Below, in pieces: positions 11,541-24,100 of a stretch of 64,000 nucleotides of DNA. Within the stretch, counting starts at the first letter, position 1. The number at the start of each line of letters is the position of its first letter. The stretch comes from Lama glama. Lineage: Eukaryota. The notes below the pieces were generated by a model, which saw nothing but the letters and a program-made list of their open reading frames with translations, did not search any database and was not told the origin of the DNA. The stretch is from NCBI GenBank assembly GCA_028534125.1, contig CM052818.1, positions 5,458,001-5,522,000 on the forward strand, given 5' to 3'. The position numbers were made by a program, and so were the translations under genes.

Positions 11541-14500
11541 AAAAAATAGCTTCCAACATGGAGACAACCAGAATGAGAAGATTCCATTGACCTGCTGGCT
11601 TGACAGTTCCAAATGTCAAGTTCTGCTGCCCTACACGAGATCAGCTTTGCTATGTTGCTTTTATTTCAGTTGTTTTCTTTTAAGTGATAAAATGATTATT
11701 CTAGTTATGAGTTAGTGCATGTAAGGTGAGCATCACCCCTGCCCCTCCATTCTTCACATTAGCTGAGTACCCTAAGGTACAGCATGATGTCCCTAGTGAA
11801 TCGGCCATCTGAGTGGTCTTGAACCCCAAGACAACTGAAGTCAACCCACAAGTCTTCCCACCAAGAGTGGCAAGAATCCAGATTGTGTTATCTGGGAGCT
11901 GCTCCTTGGGGAATGAAAGCATGAGGGCAAACAGAGCAGACCTGGCTCACACTGAAATTGGCTTTCCAAGAATATGCTGACATTTCTGGAAGGTCGAAAC
12001 GGGCAGATCCAAGCTGGAAGAACCATAAACCTATGTAGTTGATCATTTGTAAGCTTTCATGTCTTTGCTTTGCTCAGTGTAGAAACGGATTCCACTTGAG
12101 TAGCTTGACACAATAAAACTAAAAATGGCGGTGGGGGGTAGGTGGTGGAATAGAGGCTACAGAGATGAGTCTGAATAGAATATCCTAATATACACACAAA
12201 CACCAGAAAAACGAAACTACGACAAAAACAAAAAAAACCACCTCAAAACTAATGCCTATATTGGGAAGTAAAAATTTATAAAAGAGAGGCAAACATAAAA
12301 GAAGAAATTGTTTGTTTGTTTGTTTGCCTTTATAAAACCCATTTGGGAGAGCCATCCATATATATACATCAGTTATCTGGCTTGTCCCAGTTACACTGAT
12401 GTTAGAGATGTCCTTTGTTAGAAATTAATGTGTGTAATAAAGTTTTACATTTTTCATATGTTTTGAAGTATATGAGCTGTATTTCTTTTGACTGCATAAT
12501 TACTTTTTGTACACAAGAAAAATGAGGTGCTTAGCCCTAAGTAAATAACCTCAAAACAAACCAAGAGTAATAGTTACATTCTTTTCATCTTCTAGGCTGT
12601 ATACAATAAATATTTCCAGAAACTTTTTTAAGTTGCGTTAGTATGACTTGTTGCAAAACAAAAAAGAAAACCCTCCAAAAACCAAAAAAACAAAAACAAA
12701 ACTCTTTTATTGAATTAGAACTGAGTTCAGACAAAAATATGCCCCACCCCATACTGACATTTTGCTCTGTTCCTTGAGAGTATAGATTAATTACAGCCAC
12801 CAGCTTTCTTCCTAGTTTATGTTAATTTCCAAAGTTTTTTTCCTTTACATTCCAAAGGCATCTTTTACTCAGAACAAACTTTTTAGGAAATAAGACCATA
12901 GATTTATGGCATTCTAAGTAGTTTATTTTTCTGGATAGATGCTTTCACTAACTCCTACATTTTTGCAGAGGAAAATGTTATCAATAAAGTTATAGGTTAT
13001 ATTGATCAAAGTTTCTCTTCTTTGCAGAAACTGCATCTTTAAGGCTAAGCATTCAGCTGATTCTAAACAATGGTATACTTTTTTAACAAAGGAAACTCCC
13101 TCTGTCATTCACACCTTGAAGAACCAATTTGGGTCTTTAAAAATATTTACGTGGAGCCTGTGAAGTCTCAAACTGGGGAAGGGGGGCAGGCAATGCCACA
13201 AATGCTAGCAGACTTATTGAGACCCCTAACCCTTTCTGGTAGTTGGCTCCACTGTAATTACCAGCCTGTCTGGTGTTCTCTTTTCCCTCTCCAGAAGCAC
13301 TTATTATAACCTTGATTTTTTTTAAGGTAGTATTATTGAACTTGGTAAAGAAGTTCTAAGTTCTGTCAAGCTTGAGTAAAACAGGAAAAGACTGATATTT
13401 CAAGTCCATGATGGACTCTGTATAAATATTCATGCCGTATATTTTTCCCCTCATTTTAAGTAATGATGACTATAACTTAGGGTTTTTTCCCTAAAAAATA
13501 GAAAAATAAAACTAGGGTGTTTTTTTTTCTCTCTCTCTGGTTCCTAGATCAAAATCTGTATGTATATGGATATGTCTGTGCATATAACTTTATAGAAGAA
13601 GAGAGGAGATATGATAATCCATATATTATTAGCACTTATCTCTGCAAATTCGAATTCTCAGTAATTTCATTATTTCTTACTTTCTTGTAATTTAAATATT
13701 TATGATAAATGATAGTTATTTCATAAATAAGGAAAGTTTTTTTTAAAATATTGGTTCTAACTTTCTAATAAAATTTTCAAAATCAGTTAAAGGGAGTTTT
13801 TAAATCTCTTCACAAAATAGAAAGTATTACCCTTCTTCTAGAAGTTGTGTCTGCACCGGGGACAGTGGAAACACATGGGACGAACTGGTAAGAGTAAAAA
13901 AATGCAGGTAAAATATCAGTAGGGACGTGTACCAGGCAGTAAACGGCCTCAGAATAAGTGGAAAACAGAGAGCCAATATAAATAATTAGAAAAAGATTGA
14001 TCTGAACACATTAACAGAAAAGAAGCCGGCGTGAGGAAGGATGGTGAGGGTATTTCATTAGCTCAGAAGGCTGGCTTGTTTGCTCGTGTATTTGTTTGAA
14101 GATCATGCCTAGAGAGAATTACAGTGCGATACCAGCATCAAACACAGAGGGACGTGGTAAGACTAAAATGAAAGATTACTTCAAGTTTTCCAGTACTGTG
14201 AGCTTCCGGTAGAAGAGTCCATCTGACTGTGTCCTGAAGTATAACCTCTCAGGTAAGAGACAGAGAAAGAGAACATGAAAGAAAGCAGAGAGAGACTCAA
14301 CCTCTTTCCCCTGTTAATGAGTATCTTGCATGGACACAGGAACTTCTGCTCAATCTGGTGGGTGACAGGTGGTCAACGGGCATGTTTTGTTCCTTCTACC
14401 TTTGCCAGCACTCATCCCTGAGGATGAGGATCCTGGTGCTCAGACTCTAAATTTCACTAGGAGGCCTAGCACAGCATTCCTGTCCACATCTTCTCACACA

Positions 14501-15023
14501 TTCACTTTCAGACAGTGGTTTAAAAATCTTCAGTGGTTTTCAGTTACAGCTAGAGTAAGTTCCAGGTTCCTCACCTCGTACTCTGCTTTTGCACCTCTCA
14601 TCACCCCCCAGCACAAACCCTTCTGCATTCAGACCAAAGTCCTCTGCGTTTAGGACCACTTTCTCACGGTCTATATATACCCTAATTTATTCCTATCTTT
14701 TCAATATTCGCCATCTTGCTAGAGATGCCTTTTCCTGGTTCATCTGCAACCTACCCTTAAAAAATTCCATTGAAGACCTCCACAATTCCACACCACACTG
14801 AGCAATCCTTCCCGCAAACCTTGCAGACTTGTGTTTAAACTCTGTATGCCAGTTTCACTATAGCCAAGCTTTGATTGCACACCTCGTCTCTGTGTTTAGA
14901 TTTGGATCCGGTATCTTGGAAGATGAGCGTAACCAGGACAGACAGAGAAGTCGCAGTGTGGATGCTCTACACAGGCACATAATATGACTTACTTACTTGT
15001 GAGTCTTCCTACTTTCCCCTCCC

Positions 15024-15900
15024 TTTTTTTTTTTTTTGAAATGCATATTGGGTTTTGGGTTTTTTTTTTTTAAATTGAAGTATAGTCAGTTTACAATATT
15101 GTGTCAATTTCTGGTGTACAGCATGATGTTTCAGTCATACATATACATATGTATGTTCTTTTTCATTATAGGTTACTATAAGATATTGAATGTAGTTCCC
15201 TGCCCTATACAGTATAAACTTACTATCTATTTTATATATAGTAGTTTGTATCTGCAAATCCCAAACTCCCAGTTTATCCTTTCCTACCCCCTTTCCCCCA
15301 AGTAACTGTAAGTTTGTTTTCTATGTCTGTGAATCTGTTTCTGTTTTGTAAATAAGTTCATTTGTGTCTTTTTTTAGATCCCACTATGAGTGATATCATA
15401 TGGCATTTTTCTTTCTCTGTCTGACTTACTTCACTTAATATGACAATCTTCAGGTCCATCCATGTTGCTGCAAATGGCATTATTTTATTCTTTTTTATGG
15501 CCAAATAGTATTCCATTATATAAATATACCACAACTTCTTTATTCAATCATTTGTTGATGAACAGTTAGGTTGCTACCATGTCTTGGCTATTATAAATAG
15601 TGCTGCTAGGAACACTGGATGCATGTTATCTTTTCAAATTAGAGTTCCCTCCAGATATATGTTCAGGAGTGGGATTGCTGTATCATTTGGTAAGTCAATT
15701 TTAGTCTTTTGAGGAATCTCCATACTGTTTTCCATAAAGGCTGCACCAAACTACATTCCCAACAATGGTGCAGGAGGGTCCCCTTTTCTCCACACCCTCT
15801 CCAGCATTTATCGTTTGTGGACTGTTTAATGATGGCCATTCTGACTGCTGTGAGGTGATACCTCATTGTAGTTTAGATTTGCATTTCTCTGCTAATTATT
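15024..15900 (-). mobile_element. 5'-truncated L1 (ORF2 end + 3'UTR) with a double poly(A) tail
   Basis: ORF2 remnant [29 protein letters not shown] (15663-15866). Poly(T) runs at 15024-15037 and 15060-15071. Confidence 0.95.
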
Positions 15901-16824
15901 CCTGCTTCCCTTTCATTCTCATCCTGCAGCCATCCCACGTGAGAGAACCGGAACACTGTTCCAGAAGAGTGACCACAGCATTCACATCTGGCTGACCTGT
16001 CCTTCCAGACTGCAGCCCTGCAAGGCTGGAACTTTTCAAGGAAATTATGCAAAAAGACTCTGCTTCTTCTGTCCTATTCCCACCTCCTGTTCCCTCCCCC
16101 GTGTCCCTCTGCTCTGTTCCCATTGAGACTTGGATCAGTTTAACTAGATGGCTTCCCTTATGTCCTACAGCAATTAGAAAATAAATGACACAAAAAACAC
16201 TGCCATTCCTCTTCATAGTGAAGTGAAGGTACCCTTTTTTTTTTTTTTAGTAATAAAAAATAAATTTTACACTTTGGGTTTGTTTCTTTGGTTTGAATCC
16301 AAAGACAGAGCTGTAAGATGGAGGACAGAGCTTTAAATGTTGACTTGTCTGTTTATAGATGAGTACTTGGACTAGCTGCACTGGTGCTGTGGGACGGTGA
16401 CTTGCAGGTCTGATATTTATTTACACAATTCACTGGATGTAACAGACTTTGAAATACAGTTTATAAATATTTAGAAAACATTGTTCCTAAGTATTTGTGG
16501 CTTCTTTACAATGTATCAGGCTATTTATTTTGAAACAGCATCTCTTTTTATTGAGAGGTAAGGTAGATAGCTGAGCAGAGATGCATGCAGCACTGAACAT
16601 AATTAATATTGTGGGGGAGGAAAAAAAGGAGATGGCTGTTAGATGGCTGACAATCAGTCCTCCTTCACAGGGAAGGCTTTTCAAATATGCAGATGAGGAT
16701 GTTGCCCCTAGATGTGCATTTGAACTTTCTGTATTAGGCTGCTTTGATTTTATGATGCATTAGTGGAAGAGGCACTTGTTTAGGATCAGGGTCAGTAGGC
16801 CCTCCAGGTCAAAACACCGATGGC

Positions 16825-17362
16825 TTGGTGATAAAATTCCAAAAGTGGCCACAAAACCTTCCCATGCCTATATCTACGTTCTTAAAAGTAGGCTTTGCAG
16901 CTCCATCCATTGTGGAGGTGCACTCTATTTCTCCATTCCTTGAATCTGCGTGCCATGACAACAGGCTTTGACCAATAGATTATAACAGAGGTTCACTGTA
17001 ATGGTCTTGAACCTATGCCTCAAATGTCTGTCCACCTTCTACTCTCATTCTTGAAATCCTGAGCATCTGCCATGCAAATAGCTGGGGCCATCATGCTAGA
17101 TGATAAGACACATTCCTCATCACCCCCATCACCACAGGTGACAGCCAGCCAACTCCCAGAAGCAGAGTCACCAAGCTGACTCTAAGCTGCCCACAGATGC
17201 ATGAGTGAGCCCAGCCAAGACCAAGAGGCCAACACCAAGAAAACTACCCAGTTGAAAGCCCAGCCCAAATCACAAAACCAGAAAATCATAAGCTAAATAA
17301 ATCACTATTCTGAGTCACTCCATTTGGGGGCAGTTATTTTAGCATCAAAAGCTAACTGACAC
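16825..17362 (+). mobile_element. MaLR LTR, MLT1H-like
   Basis: aagtggccacaaaacc, ttccttgaatctg, gctttgaccaatag, cagatgcatgagtgagcccagcc, aagctaactgacac. Confidence 0.75.
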
Positions 17363-17451
17363 GAGGTTATGATAGCAGAGTGGGTGATAACCAATGACCA
17401 GTGCCTGGGTCATATGTGTAGGGCATCCTTGTTTCTACATGAAATCAGCAG

Positions 17452-17800
17452 GTCATTTATTCCACCTAAGTTTATTGAGCACCTAATCTCATTCAGGTAC
17501 TGTTTGTTCAAGGTGCTGGGAATATTTTAATGAACAAGACAGACCAAGTTCCTGCCCTCCTTGACCTTACATTTTAGTGACTCATAGAAACAATAACAAA
17601 TAAAAGAGTAAATACATAATATGATGCACAATAGCAAAAAAGGGCTACAAAACAAAAATAAAGCCAGAAAAGAGACAGAGCGTAATGCAGGAGGCTATAT
17701 TTTATAGAGTAGTCAGAGATGGCCTTGCTCAACAAAAGATTTGACCAGAAACTAAAATACAGAAGTGAGCCATTGGGAAATCTAGGGAAATAGTCCTAAC
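17452..17800 (-). mobile_element. L2 3' end
   Basis: tttattgagcaccta...caggtactg...ggtgctggg...tgaacaagacagaccaagttcctgccctc. Confidence 0.8.
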
Positions 17801-18599
17801 TGTTTAATGGGATATTTTAAATTAAAATTATATTCAGGTGACCCCCATGAAGACCTCAGTCCAAGATTCCCTTTGTGTGTTTTTGAAGGGGTTGAGTAAT
17901 CTTGCCAGTACCTCATGTCTATGTCATTATCAAACTTCCACATTTCAGATTTAATGGTTAGTCATATGAGTTATTGAAAATATTCTTGGTAAGTTGGAGA
18001 ATTTTCTAATGTTGAATTGTTAGTGGCAGGCAAAATCATGTTTCCATGATTATACAAATGTATTCCTCTTGTGAAATAGAAGTTATTTCTCCAGTAAACT
18101 TGAATTTAATTTTTTTTTAAATATGTGTAGTTAAGGCTATCTTTCTTTAATCCCTCAGGACTACCTTGAAGGTAAAGCAGTGTTTTTGTTGTTTTTGTTA
18201 GTTTGTTCTAATAAAGGGTAATACGTAGGTTATTTAAGATGTTCTGTAATTATGTTTCATTGTCTATGGTAAAAAAAAAATTGAGAGACATAAAGACAAA
18301 ACTTTACAACTTATGTTTTGTGTCTGACTATTTTTAAAAATTTTTGGACTATTTTTTTATTGAAACTTAAATTTATTGCAGAATTCTAAAAATATCTGGT
18401 ATGAGCCATAGGAAAAGAAGCAAGTAAGATGACTTTCAATGAGGATGAACTCATACACCCCTTAACAATTGAGGCAAATCATCCTCCACAAACATAAACT
18501 AAATCTAACTTGGAATTCATGCACTGACTGAATGGAGGGTGATGCTGCGGGACACTTCTCAACATGTGGCTGAGCATAAAGCCATGTGGCAAAGACTTT

Positions 18600-18967
18600 C
18601 GGCAATTTTTTCCTCTTTCTGGCAACAATATAGACTACATTTTCCAGCCTACCCTCCCTTTACAAGTGGTCATGTGACTAAGTACTAGCCAACAGAGTGT
18701 GAGCAAAAGTGCTCAGCGCCATGGCGAGGCAGTCATCTGTGCCCCTTCCCTCCATTTGGTCAGTTACTGGTACCCAGGGTAATCCTGTAAGGATGTCCTG
18801 AAGCTGGCACAGCCTCCGTCAATCTGGGGCCCTGAAAAAAACCACCAGGAGCAGAACTGTTTGCCTGTTAAATGAGAAATATATAAAATTCTTGTTCTCT
18901 GAGCCATTATATTTGGCAGGAAACAAGGAGAAGGGGATATGCAGCTTAGTGTATCTTAACTAATACA
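18600..18967 (+). mobile_element. MaLR LTR, MLT1J-like
   Basis: agactacattttccagcc, ggtcatgtgactaagt, ctggggccctga, taactaataca. Confidence 0.65.
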
Positions 18968-19920
18968 AGCAATATCTACCATTCTGCCCTACTGCCCATA
19001 TACCAGAAAAACTAATGTAAAATATTCTTCAGTGAGAAAGCTAAGGCAACCAGGTGCTGAATAAAAACAACTACTAAAAATTTAAAAATGCCAACAATGG
19101 GATTTCATCAATGCATATGCCTAAGTAAACCATGTTTCTAAACAAAGATCATATGTCTTATGTCTTTTTGACTCCTGACAGGTGAAAAAGATGTTGACTG
19201 GATAGCAGGTGCTCAGAAAGTACTGAATGAATGAATGAATGAATGGGTTAGAAGACCTGAGCTACATCAGGAAACATAGGTTTTACCAAATATTCTTCTA
19301 TGACATGACCCTGCAGGCTTAGATATGTTCCTCTCTGAACATCAGCTTCTCTCCTGAGAAATTACGGGGTTGAATTAAATGTTTCCAAGCTGGGAAATTC
19401 TAAGCCCATCTGTAAGAGTTATTAATAGTCCCTTCTGGTCACTTAAAAAAAAAAAAGACACGAAAAGGTGCAAGGTTACCAACTATGAGCAGAGTTGTAC
19501 AGGTCTGGAAAGTCAATGTCTCTTTGGATTTAGGTCACAGTATGAGCTGCCTCTTCTGCATCTGCAGTGTTCCAGCCTAAGTACCTACCAAAAATTGTGA
19601 AAAGAGACTGCTAAATCTACAAGAGGTCATAAAGAGTAAGTGATCTCAACACCCTCATGTCACAGATAAATACAAATTAGACCCCTGGAGGTTAAGTCAC
19701 AGAGCCACTCCTTCCAGCCAAGGCTAGGATTTAGGTTTCCTAGCTGGCAACCCAGGGTACTTTCTCCAGATTCTCAGTTAGTCATACTGTATCTTGCCTA
19801 TGCTTAGCTTAATCCAGGCTTACAATTATATCTAACCCACGTAATAAGAATAGGATGCTTTATTTTATCTGTTTGTTTGGGGGTTGGCTAAAAATATTTT
19901 GTGTTATCAAGACCTCATCA

Positions 19921-20097
19921 TATTCTTTTTCACCATAATGGCTAAGAACATGAAAACGAATATATGTATATTCATGTATGACTGAAGCATTGCACTGTAC
20001 ACCAGAAATTGACACAACATTGTAAACTGACTATACTTCAATCAAAAAAAATTTAAAATAAAATGCAAATCTAGCCTCCTTCAAAAGAAAAAAAAAA
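19921..20097 (+). mobile_element. Miniature L1 3'-end insertion with 5' inversion and short 3' extension
   Basis: TSD aagacctcatca (19909-19920) / aaggcctcatca (20098-20109). Inverted piece 19921-19944, sense 3'UTR 19945-20062, unique 19 nt, then a second poly(A). Confidence 0.85.
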
Positions 20098-21162
20098 AAG
20101 GCCTCATCAGGTCTTTTTTTCTCCATCAACTCTGCAGGAGCCTCTAAATAAGCTCCACTTCTGATTTCCCCTTTTAATATACACACTAAATACAATAACC
20201 ATAGCAATCTCAAAACTTTTTGTGACTTTCCAGTCCGCCATTCCTCCCAATTGAGAGGAGTGTTTTGGTATTTGTCCCTAAATGCACTATTTTGTAAGCC
20301 TTCCTCTACCAAACTTCACCAACCCAAACTCCAAATCCTGACACACATATCTACTACAATTACCAGGTTAGTGTGGCTTTAGCCAGCAAAGCAAGAAATT
20401 GGAAAGAAAAATCAGCATGAGCGATAAATGCTATAGAGTCTGTCGTGTTAAAGAGGAATGATATCACTAGGGTGGAGGGAAGGATGCTGAAGGAAAGAGG
20501 AGACTCAGAAATGAAGTCAGAAATTCCAATGAGGGAGCTATGCAGAAGAAACAAAGGAGAAACGTAACTTAAGTCTTTAGCAGGTTCATTCATTCAATGA
20601 ACACTTGCTAAGTAATGAAACATGTCAGACCCAGCAAAAGTAAAGGAGGTACACAGAAGAATAAAACAACCCACCTGCAAGGAGCCCACTACTTAAGGGG
20701 GAAAATAATAAGAGTTGCTACTAAAATGAACTTTAGTTCAACTTACCCACTACCCACAGAGACACACATGACCACCTGGCTCAGCTCTCCTTGGAAGGCT
20801 CAGCACAACAGGTGGGGGGACGTTCTTTCTGTTTTGCCCTGGACAGTCCAAACGTATGCCTGTTGTCTTGGTATAATTATTAACAGTGCTTTCTTTCACT
20901 TCAAAATTGTCCTGATTTGGACGATAAATTATGTGGCAATATTACTTTCACGTCTAGGATAAAGGAAATTACCATAGGTCTTTGGAGCCAAGAAAGGCTA
21001 TGAATTCTATGTAGTAGGGAAGTTGGGGAAACGTTACTCAGAGGAAGGGCCACGTGGACTGAAAGAGAGCTCATCTAAACTGGATGAAAACAAGGACTAT
21101 AAACAGACCACAGTGCTTCTCCAGTTTGACCTGAGTAAACACTGAGACTTATGTAGACTTCC

Positions 21163-24100
21163 TTTTTTTTTTTTAAATAGGCTGATTTGTTAGAGAAGTT
21201 TTAGGTTCACAGCAAAATTGAACAAAATGTGCAAAAACGTTCCACATCCCGCCTGCTCCCTCAACACACACAACCTCCTCCACTGCCAACATCCCCCACC
21301 AGAGTGGTACATTTGCTACAAATGATGAACCTAGGTTGACACATCACTATCAATCAAGGACAGGCATAGTCCTTGCCCTTCAAGAATTTAACTTCCAGTG
21401 TGGGAGACAGCCATTAAAACAAGTAACTGCACAAATAATTTAATAAGAAGATGTGGACTGCCTGGCACACAGCAGATGTACTGAACATTTATTCTGCTAA
21501 TATACATTGAATAGAGTTGCCAGACTTAAGCAATAAAAAGTAATGAATGATACTTTATATCAGGGTTTACATTAGTTAGTTCACATTAGGGTTCACTCTT
21601 GGTACTACACATTCTATGAACTTTGACAGCTGTATAGTGACATGCATCCACCATGATAGTATTACACAGAGTAGTTTCACTGCCCTAAAAATGTGCTCCA
21701 GGCAACCATTGATATATCTGTATTTTTTTTAACTGTTTCCATAGTATTGCCTTTTCCAGAGTGTCACAGAGTTGGAATCATACAGTATACAGCTTTTTCA
21801 GATTGGTATCTTTCACTTAGGGATACACATTCAGTGTTCCTCTGTGTCTTTTCATGGCTTGATAGCTCATTTCTTTTTAGCACTGAATAATATTCCATTC
21901 CCTAGATATAGCATAGCTTATCCATTCACCTACTGAAGGACATTTTGATTGCTTACAAGTTTTGGCAGTTATAAATAAAGCCGCTATAAACATCTGTGTG
22001 CAAGTTTTTGTGTGGGCATAAACTCATTTGCATGGACATTACTCATCTGAGTAAACACCTCCTGGGTGATATTGCTGGATCATATGGCAAGAGTAAGTTT
22101 AGTTTTGTAAGAAACTGCCACATTGCCTTCTAAAGTGACTGTGCCATTTTGCATTCCCACCAGCAATGAACTCCTGAGTTCCTGTTGTTCTCCATCCTCA
22201 CCAGCATTTGACGGTGTCAGTGTTTTGAATTTTGGTCCTTCTAGTAGGTATGTAGTGGTATCTCAGTGTTTCAGTCTGCAATTCCCTAGTGGCAAATGAT
22301 GATGAGAATCTTTTCATACACTTATTTGCCATCTTTATATCTTCTTTAATGAGGTACCTGTTCAAGTCTTTTGCCGATTTTTTAACTAGGCTGTTCATTT
22401 TCTTATTGTTGCATTCTAAGAGTTCTTTCTACATGTTGGATAACAGTCCTTTGTCCAGTATGTTTCATGCAAATATTTTCTCCTAGTCTGTGGTTTATCT
22501 TCTCATTCTCTTGCCAGTGTCTTTGCAGAACAGAAGATTTGAATTTTAAAGAAGTCTAGTATATCAGTTCTTTCTTTCATGAATCATTCCTTTGTATTTA
22601 AAACTCAACATCATGTTTATGGTCATCTAGATTTTCTCCCATGTTATCTCCTAGTTTTATACTTCTTCATTTACATTTAAGTCCATAACTCATTTTGAGT
22701 TAATTTTTGTAAATGATGTAAAGTCTGTGTCTAACGTCATATTTTTGCATGTGAATGTTCAGTTTTCCCAGCACCATTTGTTGAAAGGTCTGTTTTCTCT
22801 ATTGTATTGCCTTTGCTCCTTTGTCAAAAACAAAGTTGACGATATTTATATGGATTTTTACTGAGCTCTCTATTCTATTCTATTGACCTATTTGTCAAAT
22901 TTTACGCCAGTAATACACTGTCTTGATCACTGTAGCTTTAGAATAAGTTTTGAAGTTAGGTGGTGTCAGTCTTCTGACTCTGCTCTTTCTCTTTAATACT
23001 GACTTGGCTATTCTGGGTCTTTTCCCTCTCTACATGAACCTTAGAATCAGTTTGACAATATCCACAAAACAACTTGCTAGGATTTTGTTTGGGACGTTTT
23101 GAATCAGTCAATCAAGGCATAGACAATATTGAGTCTTCCTATTCAGGTAAATGGAATATAGCTCTCCATTTATTTATTTCTCATTTAATTTTTTTATTAG
23201 AATGTTGTAGCTTTCCTCATATACATATTGTACATATTTTGTTAGATTCATTCCTAAATATTTATCTTTAGGTGCTGATGTAAATGGTTTCCTGTTTTAA
23301 ATTTTGAATTCCACTTGTTACCACTGTTATATAGGAAAGTGACTGACTTTTGTATGCTAACCTTGTATCCTGCAACCTTGCTATAATTGCTTATTAGTTT
23401 CAACTTTTCAGTCAGCTTCCTTCAAATACTCTACATAGACATTTATTTAAAAACAAAGACAGTTTTATTTCTTCTTCCTAATCTGTATGTCTTTTATTTC
23501 CTTTTTTTTTACTTATATCATTAGCTAGGACTTTCAGTACAATGCTGAAAAGAAGTCAGGAGAGGGGACATCCTTGCCTCATTCATAATTTTAGCAGGAA
23601 AGTTTCTAGTTTCTCCCCTATTAAGTATGATAGTAGCTATAGGTTTTTTCGTAGATGTTCCTTATTGAGTTGAGGAATTTCCCAACCATTCCTAGTTTGC
23701 TGAGTTTTTATCTTAAGTGGGCATTAAATTTTGTCAAACTTTTTACACATTTATTGATATGATTATGTGATTTTTCTTAGCCTGTAGATGTGATGGATTA
23801 CATTAACCAATTTTCAAATGTTGAACCAGTCTTACATACCTGGAAAAAGTCCTACTTGGTTGTGGTGTATTATTCTTTTATGCATTGTTAAGGTTGATTT
23901 GCTAATATTTCGTTGAGGATCTTTGTATGTTCAAGTGAGGTATTGGTCTGTAGTTTTCTTTACTTGTAATGTCTGTGTCTGGTTTGGTATTAGGGTAATG
24001 CTGGCCTCGTAAAATGAGTTAAGAAGAATTCCCTCTCCTTCCAACTTCTGAAAATGATTTAAACAATTTGTATCATTTCTTCTTAAATTTTTGGTAGATT

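Noticed and set aside
17399..17503. Tail-to-tail L2 hairpin resembling L2-derived miRNA precursors
   Set aside because: Only about 9 terminal bases pair; no extended stem.
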